This document shows, one piece after another, positions 47,539 through 57,197 of a stretch of 64,000 bases of DNA. This DNA comes from a virus. Taxonomy: Duplodnaviria; Heunggongvirae; Uroviricota; Caudoviricetes. The position numbers and the translations under genes were made by a program. How positions within the stretch are numbered: the stretch's first letter is position 1; each line of letters opens with the position of its first letter. The stretch lies in the IMG/VR virus record IMGVR_UViG_3300025693_000001; one strand, 5' to 3'. The notes under the pieces were generated by a model. That model had not been told where the DNA came from. It saw nothing but the letters and a program-made list of their open reading frames with translations, and did no database searches.

Positions 47539-47694
47539 TTAGTGTTCCTTGTTTGTATCGTCAGGTTCAGTAGCCTGGACAGTCGATTGTAGTTTTGGTT
47601 TCAGATAATCATGAAAACACTGCTCTGCTTGCTCAGGCTTATTATCAATAAGACTGTCAATCATATCAGTTAAGTTAGCATTTGCATCTTCCAT
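47539..47694 (-). CDS. Small prohead core protein (51 aa), missing from the ORF track
   Basis: MEDANANLTDMIDSLIDNKPEQAEQCFHDYLKPKLQ...; AGGAG SD, late core at 47709-47714; similar to the N-terminus of the next gene. Confidence 0.75.
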   Translation of the reverse strand: MEDANANLTDMIDSLIDNKPEQAEQCFHDYLKPKLQSTVQATEPDDTNKEH

Positions 47695-47742
47695 TAGTTC
47701 TTCGCTCCTATTTATGTGGTAATAATATTTTGTGTGGGTTTT

Positions 47743-49386
47743 TTATATAGCTGCTCCAGCTCCATCACCCGAGCCTCCAGCTGGATCTCCACCACCTTCT
47801 GCACCTGCTGTATCTGCACCTAATCCAAGGTCAGCACCACCGAAGCCACCTCCCATGCTGCCTCCCATGCCGCCAGCGTCAGCTCCCATGTCACCATATA
47901 GGGCTTTCAAATCTTCATTACCACCCTCAACATCCAGACCCATTTCTTCACGTTTCATTCGTTCGTTTGTGATGATTTCTTCATCAGTCATCTGTAAGAA
48001 TCGCTTCATAGTGAATCGTGGTGATAGGTAAGAAATACCATCTGCCGAGCCGTACGTACTCAATAACGCCCCGTCCAATTCCAATTGTTTATACTTGCCG
48101 AAGTTAGAAGGTTCAGGTAGCATAACACGATACATAGACTCATCAACATTGATTTGATTTTGTCGTAAAAACATTTTAAACTCAGCGTCTAATGTTTCTT
48201 CGAGGTGTCCTTGTAACCGTTCAACGTACAACGAGAACCGCAATTCTTGTATATACGCGATTCCAACCTTACCATCGTTCCATATTTGACCACCCTCTTG
48301 CTGTTCAATCATGTACGATGTTGGTACTTTCAAGCCACGCCAAACCTTACGTTGGAAGTATTCCAAATCAGATAGCTCACCCAGACCCTGTCCACCAGGT
48401 AGCGTATCAACACGTGACCCCCGCCCATCCGGACGCGAAGCAAAGAAGAAATCCTCTGACATTGATTGTGGATTGTATACAGAATCAATCTCGGACTGCC
48501 CACCATTTTGTGTAGGTACTTTCTTTTGTTTGATTTCGTTTTTGATACCTTCCAAGTACTGTTTAACACGCTGTGGAGGCATTTTACCAACATCAATGTA
48601 GAATACACGTCTTTCAGGCGCACGTTGAACACGGTATATAATGATAGCATCTTCCAACAATTCCTTTTGCTTGTGAGATCGGTATACTGGTCGTAGTACA
48701 GACTCACCAAACGGTTGGGTATCTGACATATCATCATTCAGCGAAAACCTAACGATTTCCTTTGCTGATATGATTTCTGTCTCATGTTGAGTTGTTTCTT
48801 TTGAGCCCATCGGTAGACCATACCCACCAGCTTTAGGCTTTTTGATATCTGTCTTTATTTGCCATGCGACAATTTTAGTAGCATCATCAACATCTACGAT
48901 AGCAGCAACAACGTTATTTGGATGAATGAATACCCATTGGTCGTATGGTGTTTTTTGTTTACGGAAAAACAAATCTCCATACTTCACCGTCATCCGAGCA
49001 ATACGATATAACCGGTTTTGGAATTTGTGGATTTGTCCCCATCGACGCAGTGCTGCTTTAATAGTTAATACTGCAGTACTATCAATGTTATCTTCATCTT
49101 CGGATAAAATGTCAATTATCAACGGTTCCTTAGATTTTGGTGCATTCCCTGTCATTTCTTCTGCGATCGTATCCAATGCACGCGATACTTCAATATCATT
49201 GTCCATCAATTCGTATTCGCGGTATCGAGTCATTCTCGACGCCGATCCCTGTATTAATCGTTGGTACCAGGTGTAATTATTGTATGCACCCGCATCTGCC
49301 ATTTCTTGGCTATCCGTCATTTTAACGGTTGCGTTTTGTGGAGATACGACTTTAAAGTATCCGGACCATTTAGCTGCTTCTGTCAT
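47743..49386 (-). CDS. 20: Portal protein
   Basis: LLEDAIIIYRVQRAPERRVFYIDVG.MP, EDFFF..R..GRGSRV.TLPGG..LGE..D..YF. Confidence 0.98.
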   Translation of the reverse strand: MTEAAKWSGYFKVVSPQNATVKMTDSQEMADAGAYNNYTWYQRLIQGSASRMTRYREYELMDNDIEVSRALDTIAEEMTGNAPKSKEPLIIDILSEDEDNIDSTAVLTIKAALRRWGQIHKFQNRLYRIARMTVKYGDLFFRKQKTPYDQWVFIHPNNVVAAIVDVDDATKIVAWQIKTDIKKPKAGGYGLPMGSKETTQHETEIISAKEIVRFSLNDDMSDTQPFGESVLRPVYRSHKQKELLEDAIIIYRVQRAPERRVFYIDVGKMPPQRVKQYLEGIKNEIKQKKVPTQNGGQSEIDSVYNPQSMSEDFFFASRPDGRGSRVDTLPGGQGLGELSDLEYFQRKVWRGLKVPTSYMIEQQEGGQIWNDGKVGIAYIQELRFSLYVERLQGHLEETLDAEFKMFLRQNQINVDESMYRVMLPEPSNFGKYKQLELDGALLSTYGSADGISYLSPRFTMKRFLQMTDEEIITNERMKREEMGLDVEGGNEDLKALYGDMGADAGGMGGSMGGGFGGADLGLGADTAGAEGGGDPAGGSGDGAGAAI

Positions 49387-49446
49387 TTTATACTAAGTCT
49401 CGTGTTTGTTGTTATTGTTGTATTTATCTAAGGTACGACAGAGGGG

Positions 49447-51918
49447 TTATTTAACCTTCTGTTGAACCTCGCCAAACTGAGAATTCTCATTTAATAAATC
49501 GTTCTGCTCATCTAAGCTTTCTTGCTGCTTAAAGCTGGTATCTTCTATGGTTTTGTTCATTTTTGTGATGCCCAGAGATGCTTCCATAGCAGCTTCAATT
49601 TGTTTAAGCATCATTGCATTCTGTTCGGATATCTTGGCGTTTAATTCGGTTAATTGTGTCACGGTTTGGTTTGCTGGTGCTTGCTGCACTTGTTGATTGG
49701 TGACAGCAGATCCATCAGCAATGACAGGACCAACTCCCGCAGCAACGGGAGTCGCTGCATCCCCCCCAGAAATAAAATTAGCAACTCTATCAACCAATCC
49801 AACAGTATCATGAACTGATTTTCCAACTGTATCCACAACAGATCCCCACGCATCCGTTCCCAACTTCTTGTCAATGGCCTCAATGCCTTGTCTAACTTTT
49901 GGGCCTGCAATATCACCAAGCTTCAACCCTATCGCTGCTGCTATAGCTATCGGTAGTCGTCTAAACAAACTCTTGGCAAAATTCTTCAGTACACCCCACA
50001 ACGAAGGAACCAAATTCTTTCCATGCTGAACAACTTGAGATCCGATGCTTTTTACCGATTGCATGGCTTTCGATGCTAATTCTGCTGCTTTCTGTACTAA
50101 GCCTCCACCTGCATTTTTTGCTGCAGTTACCATCCCACCGACCCTGGATTTTGCACCATTTGCCAAGTCAGCCACTTTCGACGCTATACCGCTGGCCAGA
50201 CCTTGTCCACCTTTGAACATCTTGAGCGCTCCCCATATGCCACCAACGGAAGTCAATATCGGTCCCAATAAATCCGTTAACACCCCAACTAATCCACCGA
50301 TAGCAGAAACCACTGGATCAGCTATCAGTGGTCGAGCATACGAATCCCATAACTGTTTTATCTCTTGTAGGAATTTCGGTATCGTTTGTAGCGTGTCTTC
50401 GCCTGGATCTTTCGTTCCCTTGCCCGCTCCAAATTCTGTTTCCTTTGCTATCGTTTGTGCAAATTCGTTTACCTTCGGCATTTTTGCGATTAGGTGCTCA
50501 AGTGCGGCAGCTTGTGCCAGTGATGCTGGATCGTTTTTACCCCGAATGTCAGCTATCCTGCTGTTCATCTGTCCCAACAATGTGTTGTATTCTTTTTGTT
50601 GATCTCCATCCTTGCCAACCATCATATCCAGTTGACGCAACCTGTCTGCATCCTTACCACTCATACCGGATTGAGCGGCAACCATTGCGACTACCATGGA
50701 CTCTTTCATCCTATCCATCACACCCCGATCGCTTAATCCTGCAGCTTTCTCTGCCATTGCAAATGTGGATTCTAGCGAAATACCAAGTTTTTTGTTTCGC
50801 TCTGCTTCCTTAAGAATGCTATCTTTATACGCTTTTCGCTCTTGGACGGTTTGCATCTTCAGCATCTTATTACGAACGGCCTCACTACCCAACATCTTTT
50901 GTGTCATTGATGCGACTTCGGATGTGGTTTTATTGGACATTCGCCCGAGTTTGGCAAATTGATTTATCATTATTTCGGATTGATCAGCGATATCATTCAG
51001 GCCCACCTTCTCACCAAACCCCTTCAAAATATCCATTGAAGTACCCATTAACTGCGATGCACCGGCATACGACCCCGTCAGTTTGTAGGTCATATCCATT
51101 AAACTTTCACGTCCATCACGCTCAGCGGTCAACATGCTAACGTTTTGTCGGACAGCGTCGTTTACGCTAGTATAATCCTCCTGCATTGATAGGAATAGAT
51201 TTTTATTCTCTCCAACAAATTTCTGCATTTCTTCGGGAGCCAGCCCCATCTTCAGAGCTGACGATTTTATCCCCTCTCCGATAATACTATACATGCCAAT
51301 TTGTTTTTGTTGGGCATATTCCAATTGGTCGAAACTACGTTTTAGTGATGCTGTTATCGCAGTCATGCCGCGTTCAAAAGTAAACAACCCCTTAACTGAC
51401 GATTTTAGTGCTGCGGTCCTATCCTTCAACGCTTGCGTCGCTTGATATGTCTGCTTCATCGCTTTGACATCAGTTTGCATTCTGCTGTTGGTGACCTTCG
51501 TACTTTTGGTAATTTCAGCATTCAACACATTAAACGCAGACCGAACACTAGCAGCATCATTACCAGCATTATCAAAACTTTTCACCATTTCTTTGGTAAA
51601 CGTTTGGGGTGATGCTTTGTGAAGATCTCTGGCCAATTTCTTCAATTCTTTTGAAGTTTTCTTGGAATTTTTTGTCTGCATCTCATTTTCTTTTTTGAGT
51701 TTGTCAGACTTATCTTGTAGGTCCCCCAAGGCATCGGATGTTTTCTTCAATACCTTGATCCCGTTTTCCTGAGCACGGAGCTCTCTTCTATCGGAAGCGG
51801 TATCGTTGTGGTTTTCCATCTTATCGATGAAAGCACTGTATTGTTTTGTGCTGTTTCTCAATGATAGTCCGAATGCGTTGATCGCTGATAACGCTTCATT
51901 TATTTCACCTGATGCCAT
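49447..51918 (-). CDS. Tape-measure-like protein
   Basis: 823 aa, helical, Ala/Gly-rich with 11-residue-like periodic region; downstream of the chaperone pair; late core at 51948-51953. Confidence 0.6.
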   Translation of the reverse strand: MASGEINEALSAINAFGLSLRNSTKQYSAFIDKMENHNDTASDRRELRAQENGIKVLKKTSDALGDLQDKSDKLKKENEMQTKNSKKTSKELKKLARDLHKASPQTFTKEMVKSFDNAGNDAASVRSAFNVLNAEITKSTKVTNSRMQTDVKAMKQTYQATQALKDRTAALKSSVKGLFTFERGMTAITASLKRSFDQLEYAQQKQIGMYSIIGEGIKSSALKMGLAPEEMQKFVGENKNLFLSMQEDYTSVNDAVRQNVSMLTAERDGRESLMDMTYKLTGSYAGASQLMGTSMDILKGFGEKVGLNDIADQSEIMINQFAKLGRMSNKTTSEVASMTQKMLGSEAVRNKMLKMQTVQERKAYKDSILKEAERNKKLGISLESTFAMAEKAAGLSDRGVMDRMKESMVVAMVAAQSGMSGKDADRLRQLDMMVGKDGDQQKEYNTLLGQMNSRIADIRGKNDPASLAQAAALEHLIAKMPKVNEFAQTIAKETEFGAGKGTKDPGEDTLQTIPKFLQEIKQLWDSYARPLIADPVVSAIGGLVGVLTDLLGPILTSVGGIWGALKMFKGGQGLASGIASKVADLANGAKSRVGGMVTAAKNAGGGLVQKAAELASKAMQSVKSIGSQVVQHGKNLVPSLWGVLKNFAKSLFRRLPIAIAAAIGLKLGDIAGPKVRQGIEAIDKKLGTDAWGSVVDTVGKSVHDTVGLVDRVANFISGGDAATPVAAGVGPVIADGSAVTNQQVQQAPANQTVTQLTELNAKISEQNAMMLKQIEAAMEASLGITKMNKTIEDTSFKQQESLDEQNDLLNENSQFGEVQQKVK

Positions 51919-51983
51919 AAGTATTTTCCAAAATTAGTTATATGTGTTATTTATGTCGGTCAACATACAAAACAAATGGTTTG

Positions 51984-52012
51984 TTGACCCTATTAAAAAT
52001 ACATAGTACAGT
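51984..52012 (+). promoter_or_regulatory. Sigma70-type promoter
   Basis: TTGACC-17 nt-TACAGT upstream of 52047. Confidence 0.7.
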
Positions 52013-52046
52013 GGCTTCAACTTAAACGAATACAGAGGCAAACACA

Positions 52047-52736
52047 ATGAACGATTCACACGAACATGCAGTAATTCAAGGATTTAATGCATTGCACAGA
52101 TATGTTTTGCTTGCGGGTGTAGTATATGTATTAGCTTTATTGGCAGCGGGGGGTTGGGGAATTGTTGTTGTTGGGGAATTGTTTGGTATTGGTGTAGATA
52201 CTTCTGGCGACGGTTCCGGATCTGTTAGTTGGTTTGGTTGGACGGTAATAACCGAGGTGACATTCGTAATGGCATTCAAATCGTGTAACATGGAACAGGC
52301 TTCGAGTGCTTTTTTTAAGATGCAGCGAGACAAAGACCTCCACATGGTATTTCTGAGAGAAGGTGCTATCGGTGCTGATTATGGGCCAGAGGGTTACGAT
52401 TATATAACACAACAAACATTCACATTGCGAGCTTTTGTATTGGGAGTGATAATGGTATTTCTTATGTTGTGTGTTGGTCATTTCTCACAACATTGGGGTG
52501 GGTGGATAGATCTTATTGTAAGTTGGGTCATGTTGTTCATCGCTCTTATGGTATTCACAAAGAAACCCAACGATGTAGCTGAAAAGGCTATCGAGATGCA
52601 TGAAGCTGTGGTGGCTCGCATGCGAGAAGTAAACGCAGAAAATCGCGTTATTCGTGAAACAAAAGACGCAGAGAAACAAACTAAGAAAGCAGCTAAAAAG
52701 CAACGTAAACATCTAAGACGTCTTGGAGTTGCTTAA
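52047..52736 (+). CDS. Multi-pass membrane protein
   Basis: About four hydrophobic helices, basic coiled-coil tail, GAGG SD; opposite strand to neighbours. Confidence 0.75.
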   Translation: MNDSHEHAVIQGFNALHRYVLLAGVVYVLALLAAGGWGIVVVGELFGIGVDTSGDGSGSVSWFGWTVITEVTFVMAFKSCNMEQASSAFFKMQRDKDLHMVFLREGAIGADYGPEGYDYITQQTFTLRAFVLGVIMVFLMLCVGHFSQHWGGWIDLIVSWVMLFIALMVFTKKPNDVAEKAIEMHEAVVARMREVNAENRVIRETKDAEKQTKKAAKKQRKHLRRLGVA

Positions 52737-52759
52737 CACATCAGCGGTAGTACTAAAAC

Positions 52760-52960
52760 CTAATAGACTGGAAACGAGTGATCTTTTAGTTTTTCCATCC
52801 TACGGTCAATGAAAGAACGCATAATGTCCCTTTCACCAGGTGTAAGATTTAAAGCGTCGTGGTATTGAAGACCTCCCCTCATATACCACGACAGCTCCAC
52901 TATTGAATTAACAATCCCCGAAATTTCCAACTGCATTTGCTCCACAGTTTTCTTGTACAT
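52760..52960 (-). CDS. Tail assembly chaperone/baseplate small protein; likely -1 frameshift extension of the upstream gene
   Basis: ELSWYMRGG.QY.DA.NLTP.ER; frame open back to the U7 run at 52990-52996; no clear SD. Confidence 0.65.
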   Translation of the reverse strand: MYKKTVEQMQLEISGIVNSIVELSWYMRGGLQYHDALNLTPGERDIMRSFIDRRMEKLKDHSFPVY

Positions 52961-52983
52961 CTCAGGATTGCCAGATTTTAGTA

Positions 52984-53922
52984 CTAGATAAAAAAACTTA
53001 CTGGGTTCATCGGAATGGTGATATCCATCACCTCACCACAATCTTTACATTTTACTTTTGTTGTAAAATCAGGTCCCCAATCCGTAGTCTCATCGATAGC
53101 AGATGATAACTGGTTAGCCCACTTAATCGGTATTTTCTGTAACCATTCTTTGATCATGTCCGTATCTGTAATGCCATCAACGGATTTAATGATCCCCTCC
53201 AATGTGTCAATCATTCTGTCTTGTTGTTGTTCCGGTGAGATATCATCCTCAAATACCTGCATGATCTTAATAACATTGCGGTATCTGATCGGTAACAATT
53301 CGACAGTCTGTCCGTTGTCCAGCACAACATGAAACTTGTTGTGAATCGTGGTGGGATCAATCTGTTTGGTGTTTTTAATGAACGGTCCCATTTGGATTGC
53401 ATATTCATTCGTTGATGCGTCAGGACAATCGTGAGTATGCGTTACATCGAACTGATCTCCATAAGAAACTTGACGTAAACACACCATCAGGAAATCAACA
53501 TCCTTTGCAAATAAATCCTTCGGTTTCAATACCCCTGGTATGCATCGTTTGAATACTTGTTCAATTGAATCACCACTGAATAGCATATCTGGTGTTCTAA
53601 CAACGATCTCATCAATAGTTGTCATCGGATACACATGCAGTTCACCGTTTACCACAGATGAGTCCAATTCACCATCCGTGTATAGTGTGCCTTGTGAAGG
53701 TATCTGATATGTTTGACCAGGCATACGAATTTTATCCAACAGTGGATTGGATGATGCGGTTGGTTCGGGAATGGGTGTTTGCGCTGGTACCGGTGCTGGG
53801 ATTGTTTTTTCAGCTGGAGCAACCGTCGCGTGTGCGGCTAGCATCTCGGTTTCCGTTATGGATCCTTGTTGGACTTTAGCTTGGTTTGGTGGTTTTTTGG
53901 CAGGTGTTCGTTTAGTAGCCAT
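52984..53922 (-). CDS. Baseplate hub assembly/tail chaperone, T4 gp26-like
   Basis: PSQG..Y, VYPMT..DE, DVDFL...LR..SYG, C-terminal CKDC and P.SFF end; GAGGA SD favours the ATG at 53922. Confidence 0.75.
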   Translation of the reverse strand: MATKRTPAKKPPNQAKVQQGSITETEMLAAHATVAPAEKTIPAPVPAQTPIPEPTASSNPLLDKIRMPGQTYQIPSQGTLYTDGELDSSVVNGELHVYPMTTIDEIVVRTPDMLFSGDSIEQVFKRCIPGVLKPKDLFAKDVDFLMVCLRQVSYGDQFDVTHTHDCPDASTNEYAIQMGPFIKNTKQIDPTTIHNKFHVVLDNGQTVELLPIRYRNVIKIMQVFEDDISPEQQQDRMIDTLEGIIKSVDGITDTDMIKEWLQKIPIKWANQLSSAIDETTDWGPDFTTKVKCKDCGEVMDITIPMNPVSFFI

Positions 53923-53986
53923 TGGCATCCTCATGTAAATACATTAAAAACATATTTATGCATGGGATACCAACAGCAAACTTCGC

Positions 53987-55573
53987 TTATATTACGGTGT
54001 ATGACTCTTTCCACCACTTAGGAATCATGTGGTGTGCTGTTTTATACAAATACCCGAAACTAGCATCGACAATATAGACCGATCCCACATCAGACTTGGA
54101 TCTAACTACGCGTCCCCCTCCTTGAATTATAGCAATTAGGGTTTGTCGTTGGTACCATTCGGATGACATATCCATCCGTCTCTTGATCCATTGGTCACCC
54201 AAATACGGATATGGTGTTTTTACAAAGATTGCAAATTTACCTAACTCACCTTTCAGATCCAAACCCTCTGTAGATGATGGTGAGATCAGTATACGTGGTT
54301 GTGTATCTGTTAAATATGCGTGTATAACGGAATCACGACTATCACCTGAATCTGGGTTGTGATGATATATGTGATGAGGTCCATCTGCTAATTCTTCTGT
54401 AAGCCACTGAGCCACTTGAAAGTTGGCTGTATGTAGGATCCCGCTTTCTTCTTTGTGATTTGCTAGCAAGAACTGTACATCTTGGATCATTTCACCTCTA
54501 GGCTTTTTATTCTCCGGTTTATTCCACCCATAATTCATCTTCATGCGAGGCATGTAATATACTGGTCTGTTTTCTTTATCGAACTCCGAATCAAGCGACA
54601 GGAATGCTGTTTCTTCTTGTGGTATTTGTAAATCTTCACAGAATCCATCTTTATTTAATATGGTTGAAGACATAAACAAGAAGTTTGACGCCATTGGCTT
54701 TAGTATGCGGTTGAATGAATATCCACCAGTTAAGCGCTTGAATTGGAACATTGTTTTATCCCACACTAACACAAAATTGTCTTCCACATAGCTTTCTGTG
54801 CGAGCTATCATCATGTGGCTTTCTTCCACATGTTCGGTTAATGAGTCGAATTCACGGATTTTATTGATATCAGCTCTGGATAAGTCGTTACCGGATTGTT
54901 CTTTTAGATGCTCAACTTCAACTTCAAGCGCTGTATATATTGGCATAAGCTTCGGCATGTAATAGTCCGACATCCATTCTATGGCAGACATTAAGTCTTT
55001 GTGTACCTTGAAATCTATGCTGTATTTTTTGCATCTAGCATATGTGATCATTAATGCATCAAAGTTTACTAGGTGCTGCTCGAGTGTGTGACACTCATCA
55101 GCAATCATCAAGCTGCGTTCTGTAAATGTTTGAGTAAATGCAAATGCGGTTAATGCTAATTTGTAATTAAGTATTACGTTATCGGATTTAACTGCGCTTT
55201 CTTTTGCGGCTTTATGCGGACATGATGCACATCTAGGCTTTACCAAAGAACCAATGTCACATGTAGTACCTTTGCTGCCACATGAGTAGTTGCCTTTACC
55301 ATATAAAGACACGGTTTCTTTTTCTTTGAAATCGTCTTCGTATTGCTTTTGAAGAATCTTCTGTGGTGTTAATATAAAGGATGCTTTCTCTGATTGGTGT
55401 TTTAAGTATCTGGCATATGTTAATGCAATATACGATTTACCCCCACCAACTGGCATTTCCAATATCTGGAATTTTTTGTCTTGAGTGTCGGCTAACCAGT
55501 TTAAAGCAGTAACCTGAGATGCTCTTGGTTCTAGTTCAGGAAAGGGCCAGAAATCTAATATGTTTTTTTGCAT
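53987..55573 (-). CDS. DinG/XPD-family SF2 helicase
   Basis: PR.SQ Q-motif, E.PVGGGKS, four-Cys cluster, DECH, MSSTI, EGLDL, K.PYP, Q..GRVVRS..D.G.VYI.D. Confidence 0.88.
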   Translation of the reverse strand: MQKNILDFWPFPELEPRASQVTALNWLADTQDKKFQILEMPVGGGKSYIALTYARYLKHQSEKASFILTPQKILQKQYEDDFKEKETVSLYGKGNYSCGSKGTTCDIGSLVKPRCASCPHKAAKESAVKSDNVILNYKLALTAFAFTQTFTERSLMIADECHTLEQHLVNFDALMITYARCKKYSIDFKVHKDLMSAIEWMSDYYMPKLMPIYTALEVEVEHLKEQSGNDLSRADINKIREFDSLTEHVEESHMMIARTESYVEDNFVLVWDKTMFQFKRLTGGYSFNRILKPMASNFLFMSSTILNKDGFCEDLQIPQEETAFLSLDSEFDKENRPVYYMPRMKMNYGWNKPENKKPRGEMIQDVQFLLANHKEESGILHTANFQVAQWLTEELADGPHHIYHHNPDSGDSRDSVIHAYLTDTQPRILISPSSTEGLDLKGELGKFAIFVKTPYPYLGDQWIKRRMDMSSEWYQRQTLIAIIQGGGRVVRSKSDVGSVYIVDASFGYLYKTAHHMIPKWWKESYTVI

Positions 55574-55606
55574 GATTTATATTCTTCTTATGTAATTATA
55601 TTAGAT

Positions 55607-55635
55607 ATTATACATTAAAAAGATATAGTAATCAA
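55607..55635 (-). promoter_or_regulatory. Sigma70-type promoter of the helicase gene
   Basis: TTGATT-17 nt-TATAAT. Confidence 0.75.
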
Positions 55636-55638
55636 ATG

Positions 55639-56113
55639 CCCTTTCAGGGAGATGTTAGCAAATAAAAATCAGCTAAAGCAAATTTTTGATTCACCAACAT
55701 CTATTTAGATCAATTTTAGAAGCATATATAATTAAACATTTTTATAATCCCCCCCACACCTAAACGGTGCTTTATGGCTTGAAGAATAATATTAAATACA
55801 CAAAATATTAACTACCAAAAGGAACCGATTAAATAAAACTTCGTACGGGTGACACCGGCCTACCTTACTTTGTTACAATTTCTGTCAAACATATGACAAT
55901 GCTAAACCTCTTCACGAACTTTGTTCAAATCCATTAGTGTAGTTTACATTTTTATAGCACTCTGGCTAAGCGGTTACGTGGCAAAACACGTGTAATCCTG
56001 GCGTATTGTATTTCACGGCACCTTTAAAACGGGACGCGATCAAATAGCCTCTTGCACTTTTAACAAGCAGTCTTCCATCTCATTCGCATGAGCGGGTTTG
56101 TGTATTTAATTCT
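55639..56113 (-). ncRNA. Candidate large structured non-coding RNA (or RNA-dependent origin)
   Basis: No ORF of 60 aa or more; TAAATA at 56119-56124; 14 bp perfect closing stem 56097-56110/55791-55804; several internal hairpins incl. a GCGA tetraloop; G-U pairs favour the minus strand. Confidence 0.6.
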
Positions 56114-56125
56114 GTAGCTATTTAG

Positions 56126-56476
56126 TTAGAATATCATGTGAGCATTGATCAAAATGTCTTTTAATTCTTGGGTCATTTCAGACAGCGGTAATGGTGCGGT
56201 GGTGACTTGTTCACCAACCCTATCATCTGCAGGTCGCAAACGATATTCAAAACTAACGCACATATCTTCTACGGTATCATAGTCTGGTGTGGAAGCATCG
56301 AGACGCTTCGTGATAGCACAAGGCTCTTTGACTATTTCAAACTCATACAACCCAACAACAGTATCATCATCGGCTAAAATATTACCTTTTAAAGCAGGAG
56401 TTATTATGGGTGACTTGAATTCCCCACCATACACATCTCGAGTCTCTACGAACTCGTCATCCCAATATTTCATCAT
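56126..56476 (-). CDS. Hypothetical protein
   Basis: ATGA overlap with the upstream stop gives start 56476 (MMKYWDDEF...). Confidence 0.65.
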   Translation of the reverse strand: MMKYWDDEFVETRDVYGGEFKSPIITPALKGNILADDDTVVGLYEFEIVKEPCAITKRLDASTPDYDTVEDMCVSFEYRLRPADDRVGEQVTTAPLPLSEMTQELKDILINAHMIF

Positions 56477-56679
56477 CGGTTTGGATCCATATCGCCCCAA
56501 TGGGATGTTGGTCTATGGATACCCAACCCACCTATTCGGAATGATGTACCACCTATTAACTTTTGAAGCGCATCTTCTTTACCGCACGCAGGACATTCAG
56601 TAAGCGGTTCATCGCTGAATTTTTGTATCTTTTCGAACTCATTTTCACATTCTTTGCATTGGTATTCGTATATCGGCAT
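56473..56679 (-). CDS. FmdB-family zinc ribbon protein
   Basis: MPIYEYQC..C...FE.......PL..CP.CG. Confidence 0.9.
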   Translation of the reverse strand: MPIYEYQCKECENEFEKIQKFSDEPLTECPACGKEDALQKLIGGTSFRIGGLGIHRPTSHWGDMDPNR

Positions 56680-57197
56680 TATTCTTCCTTATCTATAATG
56701 GCAGCAGCAAGCCACCAGCTATCCGTAACATCATATAACCCCTTGGTTTTTAACAATTTATAGGGTTCTAGTTGTTCTTTGATTGTCTGAGGAAGAGCTT
56801 TATACATGTTTTGCTTCTTCTTCATTTCTTTTGCTTTTAATTCAGGCTCATCCAGTATTATCTTTTTGTGAGCGTGCATTTTGATTGATTTTGGTGCGAT
56901 GATATCGACTTCATATTGCAATTTTTGTAAGTAACAAACAATCACAAATTGTAATCCCGCTAAATCACGGGTAGCACTACCAGTCATACCATACGCCAAG
57001 CCTTCGATAGCTATCTTCGGTGTGTGCTTTTGAACGATATCACCAAGTGTGGTGGCAATGTAGTTCGCACGCGTAAAGATACCCTCATCTTTCGATGTTG
57101 ATATCACTCCACAATCGATGATGTTTTTGTCACCATCCAAGATACTCCAGCCCGTGTATGTATACGATTGATCTATTCCTAAATATAATTTATCCAT
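56679..57197 (-). CDS. RuvC-like Holliday junction resolvase
   Basis: LGIDQS...TGW, IAIEG, P..IK, D.TDS acidic motifs; follows gp46. Confidence 0.85.
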   Translation of the reverse strand: MDKLYLGIDQSYTYTGWSILDGDKNIIDCGVISTSKDEGIFTRANYIATTLGDIVQKHTPKIAIEGLAYGMTGSATRDLAGLQFVIVCYLQKLQYEVDIIAPKSIKMHAHKKIILDEPELKAKEMKKKQNMYKALPQTIKEQLEPYKLLKTKGLYDVTDSWWLAAAIIDKEE

